Under the pieces are notes generated by a model. The model was not told where the DNA came from, made no database searches, and was given only the letters and a program-made list of their open reading frames with translations. A DNA stretch of 64,000 bases from the IMG/VR virus record IMGVR_UViG_3300025093_000019, positions 15,290-79,289 of that record; one strand, 5' to 3'. Shown in pieces: positions 47,443-56,414 of this stretch. Position 1 is the first letter of the stretch; the number at the start of each line of letters is the position of its first letter. The position numbers and the translations under genes were made by a program. The DNA is from a virus.

Positions 47443-48015
47443 GTGTCACCGGGGAAGGGAGCATCCGGTAATCACACTCTCATTTTTTTACGCTTAAATT
47501 CAACAAAAGTGAAAAATCAAACTCAATTAAAAGCTGGCTTAATAGCCTTTATCTTGTCTTTATTTGCAATACAATATTTGCATGGACAAGGTGACATGTT
47601 TACTGCACATAATCTTAATTCATCTCCTGAGATTGAAAAAGAAATGATGCAACCGTACATTACTATTTATGGTGATGTAATTAACTCTGATGTTCGTAGA
47701 GACAAAGTGGACATACAAGTATTTATGCTTGATGACTCTACATGTACTTGGCAAAAGATCGAACATTACACTGACAATGAATTCTATTTATTACTTGAAC
47801 GTGGTAAAGAATATCAAGTCTGGTTTGACAATGGATCTAAATACAAAATACTATACGTGGATCCTGGTTACATTGGAAACTATGCTTATCGCATCAATGC
47901 TAATTTTACCAAAGATGGATGTGCTAGAATGACACCAACTGAATCAGGTAAGAAATATTTTGTTGATTACATTAGTCACAGTGAGCTTAAATCACTTGCC
48001 TATAATAGTAATTAG
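47443..48015 (+). CDS. Secreted/periplasmic beta-rich protein
   Basis: Signal-like segment AGLIAFILSLFAIQYLHGQ; true start probably the GTG near 47509. Confidence 0.55.
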   Translation: MSPGKGASGNHTLIFLRLNSTKVKNQTQLKAGLIAFILSLFAIQYLHGQGDMFTAHNLNSSPEIEKEMMQPYITIYGDVINSDVRRDKVDIQVFMLDDSTCTWQKIEHYTDNEFYLLLERGKEYQVWFDNGSKYKILYVDPGYIGNYAYRINANFTKDGCARMTPTESGKKYFVDYISHSELKSLAYNSN

Positions 48016-48450
48016 ATGAAAAGGAGAAAGGTAGATGTATCGCTTACTCACAATACGGGTAAGCGGTACACTGGTAAACGGAAACCAGTTAGTCCACTTC
48101 CTCTTCCATTGCGTAACATGCTTAGACAATTTTGTAGTGACAATGGTATCTTTATGGATCCACAAGGTCAATACATTATGTTGTTTGATAATGTTAATGG
48201 TAAAGGTAAAATGAAAGAGATCAAATTTTATCTTAATTACCATAAGACTCAAGATAAACATTATGAAAACTCATCTGGTATTGAATTAAACATACCAGGA
48301 CGTGAGTACATCATTGCATCTAATCATCGAATGCAAAAGCAAGTAAATGTCACTCGTTTGATGGCACATACATTTGCTTTTGATAAAGCCGTGTCAAACA
48401 CTAACTTTGATGATAAAATGAAACAGTTCATCTTAAACTTGACACAATGA
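48016..48450 (+). CDS. Hypothetical basic protein
   Basis: ORF track. Confidence 0.55.
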   Translation: MKRRKVDVSLTHNTGKRYTGKRKPVSPLPLPLRNMLRQFCSDNGIFMDPQGQYIMLFDNVNGKGKMKEIKFYLNYHKTQDKHYENSSGIELNIPGREYIIASNHRMQKQVNVTRLMAHTFAFDKAVSNTNFDDKMKQFILNLTQ

Positions 48451-48474
48451 TCAGATTTTTTAGAATACATAAGT

Positions 48475-48585
48475 TCAGGCCAACAGCAGGAATAATCACT
48501 AATGATTTTGTGTTATTAGGATTTGGTTACAGCGGTGGTTATAATGCACTCCTATTTTGTGTGTTTAACCTGTATGTTGGCCTGA
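48475..48585 (+). ncRNA. Candidate end-paired structured RNA (overlaps a 55-aa ORF at 48447-48614)
   Basis: TCAGGCCAACA-GCAGG pairs with CCTGT-A-TGTTGGCCTGA (11 bp, bulged A, 5 bp); strand assumed. Confidence 0.4.
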
Positions 48586-48610
48586 GCATAACTCGTAAAT
48601 TCAATAAGAA

Positions 48611-49324
48611 GTGAAAATATCAGAACAACCTTTGGAGAAGTTATTTGAAACATTTCAGCGTGATATGGTTAAAATGACTCAAGACACTTTTAATAGTATG
48701 TATCCTAATAGTCCTGAGCCAATAGTATTTATTGCAACGACTAATAAGGGAACAAAAAAAATGATGGATCAACATCCTGATTTAGCCAAAGACATTTTAA
48801 TGGCTAGTCCAGGTGTAATACCTTATGATCCAAATGATGAGAAGCTATCAGTTCTCGGACTACCACTTGGACCATTCTTTCAGGATACTGAAAGTGCAGA
48901 ATTAAATCGAGTTGGTAAATTATATGCAAGACTTTCTATTTGGAAGGCAATTCAAGCTTTTGAATCTATAGAGCCTGGATGTGTTCTTTTCGTTGCATTC
49001 ATATCAGAATGTGTGATGAGAGCATTAAAAGGTGATATTACTGATGAAGAAGTTGAATACATCAAGAAGCATGGTATATCACACATTGATGATCATGAAT
49101 TTGCTCAAGAAGATGCATTTGTTTTACTCATGGAATCAAAAGACGGCATGCAAAGAACATCTTACCTTGGCATTGAGAGAAATGATGAAGATGGTCATCA
49201 ATTCTTGTACAAAAGAAATCCAACAGACATTTTTGGAAAGAAAGATCCTAAAGCTGATGAAGCTACTCCAGTTGAGTCAGCTGGTGGATTATTTAGTAAT
49301 TTCTTTAAAGAATTTAAACCATGA
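48611..49324 (+). CDS. Hypothetical protein
   Basis: ORF track, 237 aa. Confidence 0.6.
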   Translation: MKISEQPLEKLFETFQRDMVKMTQDTFNSMYPNSPEPIVFIATTNKGTKKMMDQHPDLAKDILMASPGVIPYDPNDEKLSVLGLPLGPFFQDTESAELNRVGKLYARLSIWKAIQAFESIEPGCVLFVAFISECVMRALKGDITDEEVEYIKKHGISHIDDHEFAQEDAFVLLMESKDGMQRTSYLGIERNDEDGHQFLYKRNPTDIFGKKDPKADEATPVESAGGLFSNFFKEFKP

Positions 49325-49548
49325 ATAGATATTCAAAATATAGATTTAAACCTGATCTTGACTACAAAGCTAGATACACGATCAATAAGTTTAACGCTGC
49401 CGGTGATGTAGTAACATCACATACTTTAACAATAGAGATACCAGGCAAGTGGTTAATAAGATATGGTGTCAACAATACTATCAGCTATTATGCTAAAAAG
49501 CATGAGATAAATCCGGATAGCTATGTGTGTGACATTTTAGAAGACTGA
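49321..49548 (+). CDS. Hypothetical protein
   Basis: ATGA overlap with previous gene. Confidence 0.55.
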   Translation: MNRYSKYRFKPDLDYKARYTINKFNAAGDVVTSHTLTIEIPGKWLIRYGVNNTISYYAKKHEINPDSYVCDILED

Positions 49549-49580
49549 TTTTCACAGTAGTAAGTTGAATAAAAAGAGAG

Positions 49581-49612
49581 AATGGGCTGCTTTTATAGTA
49601 GCCCATTTTTTT
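49581..49612 (+). terminator. Rho-independent terminator
   Basis: AATGGGCTGCT/AGTAGCCCATT stem followed by a T-run. Confidence 0.75.
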
Positions 49613-49619
49613 ACTAGAC

Positions 49620-50051
49620 ATGGAAAAAGAAAAGGAAATCAAGTATCATTATTATATGAAGCTACCTGAAGACAAAATCAAACAAGTTCATTTAGCAATG
49701 AATAATATGTATGGTTACATTCAAGGTAAATTAGAACAGCATTGTGATCCAGAACACGGTCCAACTGATCAGACAGGTGAGTGGGCTGATGAAATGGAAT
49801 GTTTAGTTCGACCATTAAAGAGAGCTTTGGATGAAGATTTAGTTCCAATCCAAGACCTCAACAAATATGTACAATCAGCTAAATCACAATTAGTTAAAGA
49901 CATTGTACAGAGTATCAAAGATTCAGATCCTAATGACGAACTGGATCTATTACTCAAACTCAAGAAAGCAATTAATAACTACCAAATTATTGGTATAAAT
50001 AAAGATTTCAATGGAAGTAGTTTCGACACAAGCGACGAAATCCCCTTCTAA
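49620..50051 (+). CDS. Hypothetical protein ending in an SSB-like tail (DTSDEIPF)
   Basis: C-terminus resembles the bacterial SSB tip DDDIPF. Confidence 0.6.
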   Translation: MEKEKEIKYHYYMKLPEDKIKQVHLAMNNMYGYIQGKLEQHCDPEHGPTDQTGEWADEMECLVRPLKRALDEDLVPIQDLNKYVQSAKSQLVKDIVQSIKDSDPNDELDLLLKLKKAINNYQIIGINKDFNGSSFDTSDEIPF

Positions 50052-50829
50052 GGCACCAGCTAAAGTAAAGCTGAACCCTTACAAATATAAGAAGGAGGAT
50101 TTAGACAAATTCTTATTACAATATGATGCAGTTGATCCTAAGCAGGACATCAAAGCTGCAAAGAAAGCTAGAACAGCTATCAAGAAAAAGATCACTGAAA
50201 TTAAAAAGGTTCACACCGGTAATAAAAAAGTGATCTTGCAATACAAAAGAGATTTAGAAGCATATAGTGCATCACAACTCGAAGAGCTTATTGCTAATCT
50301 TGATCAAAGATTTCAATCACTGGATACTGCAATATATAAAATTGAGAATGCTTCAATTGTCCGTGATCAGGAAATTACTGATAACATCAACAAATTAAAT
50401 AATGATTTGGCTGGTGCTATATTCGCTGCAACAACAGCAGAAGAGATACAAAATGTTCAATCAACAATCAATGGACTACATTTAGATCCGAATGATTTTG
50501 ATGGAAGACTTGGTGAAGCTGAGGCTGTTAGAACATCAATGACACTTAAGGCTGCTGCTCGTGCAAACGAAATACAAAATGCAGGAGGACAACTATCACA
50601 AGTTGAGCCAGTGCAATTGGAGAATAAAACTGAACAGAATACATCATGTAAATATGGTGATACTGAGATGATTAATTTCTTGCAGAAGAATTCACATCCA
50701 GGTAAGGGATGGGTTGTTAGTATCAATCCTTCAACAGGTGTTCAGGTTTATCAGGTTGATGATCCGAAAGCTCCTAAAGATTTAAGAGCCGCATTAGTTC
50801 ATGCATTAGATAATCACTCATCTATATGA
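50011..50829 (+). CDS. Coiled-coil protein (DUF1351-like)
   Basis: AKKARTAIKK...I..V pattern, long helices. Confidence 0.45.
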   Translation: MEVVSTQATKSPSKAPAKVKLNPYKYKKEDLDKFLLQYDAVDPKQDIKAAKKARTAIKKKITEIKKVHTGNKKVILQYKRDLEAYSASQLEELIANLDQRFQSLDTAIYKIENASIVRDQEITDNINKLNNDLAGAIFAATTAEEIQNVQSTINGLHLDPNDFDGRLGEAEAVRTSMTLKAAARANEIQNAGGQLSQVEPVQLENKTEQNTSCKYGDTEMINFLQKNSHPGKGWVVSINPSTGVQVYQVDDPKAPKDLRAALVHALDNHSSI

Positions 50830-51236
50830 GACAGCTAAACAAAGTTCAGCCAATGCATATAACCTCTAATAAAGGTAAAGTAGTATCTAAAATGCCAATA
50901 TTAAAATCCAAAGATGTTGATCAGTCATATGAACATAAGCTTTGGTGGGTTGATATTGAAGAAAGAACTGATGGTAGATTTTGTGTTGTAACATATGCAC
51001 AATTGTTTTCAGTTCAAGACAGAAAGATTACTGGTGAACAAGTGCGTCGTTATGAAACAGATGTGCAGGTCACATTAGATCGTGCTGAAGATTGTGCTCG
51101 TACAAGATATAAGCAAAAACAAACTAGTGCAAAAGGCTATGAACATTTCAAAGACAGAGATGAAACATCAGATCTTGACTTTGATATAGGTATAATAAAT
51201 ACATTCTTGAAAAAGTATGGAGGTACTATATCGTAG
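50826..51236 (+). CDS. Hypothetical protein (WGR-like)
   Basis: W.V.I...F.V.....A......K...KGY. Confidence 0.45.
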   Translation: MRQLNKVQPMHITSNKGKVVSKMPILKSKDVDQSYEHKLWWVDIEERTDGRFCVVTYAQLFSVQDRKITGEQVRRYETDVQVTLDRAEDCARTRYKQKQTSAKGYEHFKDRDETSDLDFDIGIINTFLKKYGGTIS

Positions 51237-51609
51237 CAATGTTGTAGGATATCCTAACCTTACCAAGGGTGTCACATGGGTAAAATCCAAGTGGACCTTG
51301 GTATGGGTTGAGATATTCCAAAAAGGAAATAAGTTTGTTGTAATGTGGAGGCATACTGAGCATGACGGTAAGCCTAATCTAAGATGTATAGATTTACTAA
51401 TGAAAATTAGAAATCAAGAAGGAGGAGGAAATACAACCAAGCACCTTTGTGATACATTTGAAGATGCAAAATCTAAAGTAGGTGACGTGCTCGCAGATAG
51501 AAATATGCGAGTAGTTAGAAGCAAGCCTGGATATCAAGTTTTGTTCTTTGCGTTTGACATTGAGAATATCCATGAAAGAATCAAAGAATTTGCAGACAAA
51601 TACAAATAG
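51217..51609 (+). CDS. Hypothetical protein, probable paralog of 50826-51236
   Basis: LVWVEIF..G.KFVVMW...A...GY...FDI. Confidence 0.5.
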   Translation: MEVLYRSNVVGYPNLTKGVTWVKSKWTLVWVEIFQKGNKFVVMWRHTEHDGKPNLRCIDLLMKIRNQEGGGNTTKHLCDTFEDAKSKVGDVLADRNMRVVRSKPGYQVLFFAFDIENIHERIKEFADKYK

Positions 51610-51958
51610 GTACACTTATCGATCGTCTTTATACACTCGTGTTGATGATGAAAATCGTACAACTAAGTTCTTTACAATTCATTTAATTGATGATGTTTGG
51701 AGGATTCAATCAAACATTGTATCACATCCTGATAAGGACATAATGAATGTTCATTCCAGTACATACTGGGCTTGGTTCATAAATAACCTTAGATCATGGA
51801 TACATCCACCTCATTATACTGATTACAACACAGCTTTCGATATGCTAGTTGTCAGAATAAAAGAATTTAAATTGGAAGGGACAGTGATTGAACTTGTAAC
51901 AACTAAAGAGTTTGAAGAAAAGATATCTAAACTAAAAGATTTCTATGCCGATAAATAA
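51548..51958 (+). CDS. Hypothetical protein
   Basis: ORF track; start uncertain. Confidence 0.45.
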   Translation: MRLTLRISMKESKNLQTNTNRYTYRSSLYTRVDDENRTTKFFTIHLIDDVWRIQSNIVSHPDKDIMNVHSSTYWAWFINNLRSWIHPPHYTDYNTAFDMLVVRIKEFKLEGTVIELVTTKEFEEKISKLKDFYADK

Positions 51959-52283
51959 AAACCAAATACGAAGGATGTGTGCAATCTTTAGTATTGTAAA
52001 GAACAGCAGACATCCTATATCTAAATCAGAACTACTTGAAAAAGTAAATGATCTAACAACATCTAATATTAAGATGTCATCGTTAGAAAAAGATATGTTC
52101 AATCTTCAAATTTGTTTTGATGTTGAACTATTATATCTACACCAGTACAGTGGGTATGTGCTGAAGGATACAAGTGAATATGAATTCATTAGATCCTTGT
52201 TTGAATACCTAAGAATCGAAGAATTAAAAATCGTAGAACTATGCCTTACATTGCTGAAGAAAGCAGAATCATTACAAAAGTAA
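51945..52283 (+). CDS. Winged-helix DNA-binding protein (resembles N-terminus of WYL regulators)
   Basis: R...I...ISKSELLE.V...SSLEKDM..L....I.Y...GY. Confidence 0.55.
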   Translation: MPINKNQIRRMCAIFSIVKNSRHPISKSELLEKVNDLTTSNIKMSSLEKDMFNLQICFDVELLYLHQYSGYVLKDTSEYEFIRSLFEYLRIEELKIVELCLTLLKKAESLQK

Positions 52284-52621
52284 TGGGCGTTGCAACTAAG
52301 ATTAATCCAGACGACAATGTTAATGTCCGGCAAGTAATACTTGAAGACATTGCTGAAGAGCCATTGATTGTGGATCTGATCTATTTAAAGAAAGAAGAAG
52401 TGTGGGTTAAGCTAAGTGATGGAAAAGAATATCACTTGGGTTATCTCAAGAAAAAGTATCTAGACATCATAATGAAAAATGCATGTCAGATTAAGTCATT
52501 CCAAATTACAGGTGGACAGGAGATTCCTCGTGGAACATTGAACTTGGGAGGTTATGATGGGAATATAGGGAAGCCTATTAGAGCTAAAAGAGGTATGAAT
52601 CTTACTATTAATTTGCTCTAA
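52241..52621 (+). CDS. HIRAN-like domain protein
   Basis: TKVMGV...HLGYL...ITGG...G..L.I. Confidence 0.55.
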   Translation: MPYIAEESRIITKVMGVATKINPDDNVNVRQVILEDIAEEPLIVDLIYLKKEEVWVKLSDGKEYHLGYLKKKYLDIIMKNACQIKSFQITGGQEIPRGTLNLGGYDGNIGKPIRAKRGMNLTINLL

Positions 52622-52639
52622 AATTACTATATTTACTAT

Positions 52640-52873
52640 GTGAATGAACCCATAACACATATCGAATATCTACCAGCTTTTGTAAAGTTGAAAAAAGATT
52701 TTGGATACGAAGCAATGCTTCTATATCAAATCAGCAACTACTTTATGTACACTGTTACAAGAAAAGGTTGGGATATGAATTGTGATGGTGAAGAAGTTTA
52801 TTACATTAATGAACTCGGCAGATGGGTACCTTTACGCTTTTTAGATGTAGTAAACGAATTTATTCCTAATTAA
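52640..52873 (+). CDS. Hypothetical protein
   Basis: ORF track. Confidence 0.5.
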   Translation: MNEPITHIEYLPAFVKLKKDFGYEAMLLYQISNYFMYTVTRKGWDMNCDGEEVYYINELGRWVPLRFLDVVNEFIPN

Positions 52874-52878
52874 TAACT

Positions 52879-53247
52879 ATGGCAGATAAAGTGACTTATC
52901 CTTCTAAGGAGGAGTTTCTTCGCGTCTTTGATCTTTTCCCTAAAGGTAATCCGGAAAGCATATTCCTAGAGGTCAAATACACTATCTCAAGTGTGGTTGA
53001 TTTTAGAGGTAATCGTGTTACTTGGGACTTAATATCAAGTAAGTATGAGTCTTACATTAAGAAAAGAAGAGAAGATGGTTACGATGATAAGTACATCAAA
53101 TCATTAGACAATTTTCTTAAAGCTAAAGACTTTAATATTGACTTTGATAACGAGCCAAGCCTGAAGACTAAAAACACATTTGAGAAAGGATTAGATTCAT
53201 CCATCTCAGATTTAGAAAACAGACTTAACGGTTATAAAGAAGAATGA
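52879..53247 (+). CDS. Putative replication initiator/helicase loader
   Basis: F...F.LFPK...Y..Y...KYIK.L..FL resembles phage replisome-organiser C-terminal domains; overlaps dnaB start. Confidence 0.45.
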   Translation: MADKVTYPSKEEFLRVFDLFPKGNPESIFLEVKYTISSVVDFRGNRVTWDLISSKYESYIKKRREDGYDDKYIKSLDNFLKAKDFNIDFDNEPSLKTKNTFEKGLDSSISDLENRLNGYKEE

Positions 53248-54575
53248 TCGGAGAAAGAGAAGAGTACGAGAAAAACCTTATCAAACAATGTTTCAATAGT
53301 GCAGATGTATTCTTGAAATGTATAGAAAAGGTTCCAAGTGAGAGAATGTTTAAGAATAGTATGAGCAGGCTGTTCTGGCAGATATTTATGATGATCTACC
53401 AGGAAGGAGAGCAAATTCATATGTCGGTTGTGCAGGATGTATTCAAGCACACATCAAACGACAAGCTCATACCATTATTTGAACAATACGTTAATGGATC
53501 CTATGATGATGAAGATCAGTGGGAATACCATTTAAGTTATCTTATTGAGCAGTATAAGAAAGAAATACTACTTGAGTTAAGTGACGACATTAGAAAGAAC
53601 ATTGGTCTTAAAAGCTCCGAAGAGCTATTGACTGATGCAAACACACAGCTTGTAGATCTAAACAGTAGTGAGGTTTCTGCAAAAAGTTTTAAGTCATCCT
53701 ATATGGAGGCAGTTAATAGGATTCGTAACATTGCTAGTGGCAATGTAACAGCATTATTACAGACCGGGCATACAAGGCTTGACAATATTTTGGCATTAGG
53801 TCCAAAGCAAATCATAATGATGGCTGCACAAAAGAAGCAGGGTAAAACTAGGTTTCTTGTTCATTTGATTGACAGGTTAGTTCAATTCAATAAGCAGGAA
53901 ATAGAAGTGCAATGGTATTCTTTTGAGATGCAATCAGATGAGATGATGAGGTTATATATGTCAAAGAAGTTAGGTTTAACAGACCACCAATTACAATCGA
54001 TCAACTACAACCTTACACAGGATGAGTTGAATAAAATTGAAGCTGGCTATTCTTATTTTCAGGACTATCCAATTGATTTTGTAGATGAGACTACAGACAT
54101 CTTTAAGATCTGTTCTAAGTTTGAAAGATTTGCAGGCAACAAAAAAGGTAAAGTACCGGTTCTTGTAATTGACAATCTAGGTCTAATAAAACCTCACCTC
54201 AAAAATGAAGTGCAAAATGACGATGATATTGCCAGGATGCTAAAAGATTTGAGAGACAAAACAGGTGCTTTAATTATTGTATTGCATCACCTCAGCAAAG
54301 AGAGTGAAGGTAAATTCAATATCACAGAACAATATGCACCAAAAGTTACTCATATTCGTGGCTCCAGCAGACTCGTAGATTTTGCAAACAAAGTTATGTT
54401 GCTTCACCGGCCAGAGATGTATCGAGATGTTGTAAAGCATTTTGAGAAAGAAGGCAAAGGTCATTTAATTCATGGCCGCATGGAAGTAAACATAGCACTT
54501 AACAGGAATGGTGACATAGGTATAATAGATCTAAGACATGATCTAGCATACTGTAATTTTGACGATTGGAAATGA
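53244..54575 (+). CDS. dnaB: Replicative DNA helicase (DnaB family)
   Basis: TG...LD, AAQKKQGKT, SFEM, VIDNLGL, IRGS, LLHRP, LNRNG. Confidence 0.9.
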   Translation: MIGEREEYEKNLIKQCFNSADVFLKCIEKVPSERMFKNSMSRLFWQIFMMIYQEGEQIHMSVVQDVFKHTSNDKLIPLFEQYVNGSYDDEDQWEYHLSYLIEQYKKEILLELSDDIRKNIGLKSSEELLTDANTQLVDLNSSEVSAKSFKSSYMEAVNRIRNIASGNVTALLQTGHTRLDNILALGPKQIIMMAAQKKQGKTRFLVHLIDRLVQFNKQEIEVQWYSFEMQSDEMMRLYMSKKLGLTDHQLQSINYNLTQDELNKIEAGYSYFQDYPIDFVDETTDIFKICSKFERFAGNKKGKVPVLVIDNLGLIKPHLKNEVQNDDDIARMLKDLRDKTGALIIVLHHLSKESEGKFNITEQYAPKVTHIRGSSRLVDFANKVMLLHRPEMYRDVVKHFEKEGKGHLIHGRMEVNIALNRNGDIGIIDLRHDLAYCNFDDWK

Positions 54576-54886
54576 AAGAACCAGAAGGAAACATTGAGTA
54601 TATCTGTTCAGGATGTACTGATGAGATTAGACGTGAGTTTCACTCTACCGAACACATTATTGAAGTTGGTGATTTTGTCAAGGCAACATTTGTTGATCAT
54701 GATGAAGAAGCCATTGAGCACATGTGGATTAAAGTATCAAAGTTAATTAACAAAGAAGGATCCCAAATCATCCGTGGTGTTTTATACAATCAACCAGCTT
54801 TGGTTAAGAATGTGAAATACACAGACGTTGTGGAGGTTAATTATAATGATCTATTAGGTCACATTAAAGACAATGACAATGAGTAG
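54566..54886 (+). CDS. DUF2314/YegJ-like protein
   Basis: VKA.F...EHMWIKV...GVLYNQP. Confidence 0.55.
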   Translation: MEMKEPEGNIEYICSGCTDEIRREFHSTEHIIEVGDFVKATFVDHDEEAIEHMWIKVSKLINKEGSQIIRGVLYNQPALVKNVKYTDVVEVNYNDLLGHIKDNDNE

Positions 54887-55088
54887 AGGTCTTTACGACA
54901 AATACGAAGTCATTAAGCTTGATGGTGATATAGATCCGCAGGCAGATTATTTTGTTTTGAGAATGGACACAGATCCACATGCTCGAAAAGCAGCTATTGC
55001 ATATGCTGAATCAATTCAGGATGAGAATCCTAATTTAGCATTTGATATCAGGAAACGTGTAGCTAAATACGAAGGTGGTTTAATATGA
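54873..55088 (+). CDS. Small conserved phage protein
   Basis: GLY.KY.V...DG...YFVLR.D.DP.A..A..AYA...P.LA.D. Confidence 0.65.
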   Translation: MTMSRGLYDKYEVIKLDGDIDPQADYFVLRMDTDPHARKAAIAYAESIQDENPNLAFDIRKRVAKYEGGLI

Positions 55089-55477
55089 GAACACTTAATG
55101 ATATAGACTGGAGAGAGAACACAGAAGGCGTTCTTGTATCTAAAAATGATAACCAAATATTTGATTATTTGGCAGACAAGCATGGTAAAGAAATGATGAG
55201 AGAACTTGAAGTCCGTGAAGAAAACACAGGAGTAGCAATGTTCTTTGATGACTCTACCTATAAAGACCTGGTTGTTGTTCTTAGACTAAAATTCTTTGAA
55301 GAAGAACTAGATAATGGATTCATTATGTTCTTGATAAAAGATTTGCATCTAAATCCAGATAAACTGAAGTCTTTAAAATTAATGCTGGCCGCTTCATTTG
55401 CAGATACTAAACTAGAAAAGTTTGTTCTTGAAACAGCTGATAAGTTTGCAATGAAGTCTATAGAAAGCAATGCTTAA
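55085..55477 (+). CDS. Hypothetical protein
   Basis: ORF track. Confidence 0.55.
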   Translation: MRTLNDIDWRENTEGVLVSKNDNQIFDYLADKHGKEMMRELEVREENTGVAMFFDDSTYKDLVVVLRLKFFEEELDNGFIMFLIKDLHLNPDKLKSLKLMLAASFADTKLEKFVLETADKFAMKSIESNA

Positions 55478-55685
55478 AAAGAAGAAAATATCATCCTATG
55501 CCAAGGAGATCTCTAAAGAGACAGGCCTTGAAGAAAAAGCAATTAGACAAATATTGTTATTTGGAACCAGGAATATGTCCAGGATGATTGCTAAAGGTGA
55601 GGATATCGAAATTAGAAATTTTGGTTTGTTCTATTTCGATAAGAAAGCTTACGCAAAATACATTAAATCAAAAACAAATAAATAG
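55470..55685 (+). CDS. HU/IHF-family DNA-binding protein (short)
   Basis: ISKETGL...I..GEDIEIRNFGLF. Confidence 0.7.
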   Translation: MLKKKKISSYAKEISKETGLEEKAIRQILLFGTRNMSRMIAKGEDIEIRNFGLFYFDKKAYAKYIKSKTNK

Positions 55686-55689
55686 AGTT

Positions 55690-56340
55690 ATGGCTAGAAC
55701 CATTATGATTGAAGGGCCGTCAGGCCGTGGTAAGAGTTTCTCTCTGAGAAATCTACCGGAAAAGTGGACACTAATACTGAACACTGAACGTAAAAGCCTT
55801 CCATTTAAGGGGGCAGGAAAATTCAATGAGATCAGACCTTTAAGTGTAAAGGAAACATTTGACTCAATGGATAAAGCGATTACAGACAAGAATGTAAAAA
55901 TTGTTGTTCTGGAATCATTAAGTGCATTCCTAGATACTTTGCTTGCAGAAGCACGTATTCTGAAGAAGGGTTGGGATGTATTCACTTACTACAATGAGAA
56001 AGTTTATCAACTCTTTGAGAGAGTTAGAAAACTTAATGACGCTGACAAGCACATTATTGTGATCTCACATGATGACATCACTACTAATGATCTTACAGGC
56101 GAAACACAGGTAACTGCAAAGGTAAAAGGTAACGAGTGGAAAGGTGTTATCGAGAAAGAATTCGATATTGTGTTTCATGCTGAAATGCATGTTGATGAAA
56201 ACAAAGTTCCACATTACCAATTTAGAACACAGACGGATGGCGTTGTTCCTGCTAAGTCACCATTTGAAATGTTTGATAACATTTTGATTGATAATGACAT
56301 GGCCGAGATCCTTAAAAAGATCAAAGAGTACGATGGATAA
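55690..56340 (+). CDS. AAA_24/Sak4-like P-loop ATPase (recombination)
   Basis: MARTIMIEGPSGRGKS, N.E.K.LPF, IE..FD.V, AKSP..MF. Confidence 0.8.
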   Translation: MARTIMIEGPSGRGKSFSLRNLPEKWTLILNTERKSLPFKGAGKFNEIRPLSVKETFDSMDKAITDKNVKIVVLESLSAFLDTLLAEARILKKGWDVFTYYNEKVYQLFERVRKLNDADKHIIVISHDDITTNDLTGETQVTAKVKGNEWKGVIEKEFDIVFHAEMHVDENKVPHYQFRTQTDGVVPAKSPFEMFDNILIDNDMAEILKKIKEYDG

Positions 56341-56414
56341 ATTCATCTACAAAGGAATAACATACTTTATTGAAGAAGGTAAATATTACCGGATAAGATA
56401 TGGTAAAAAGCTAA

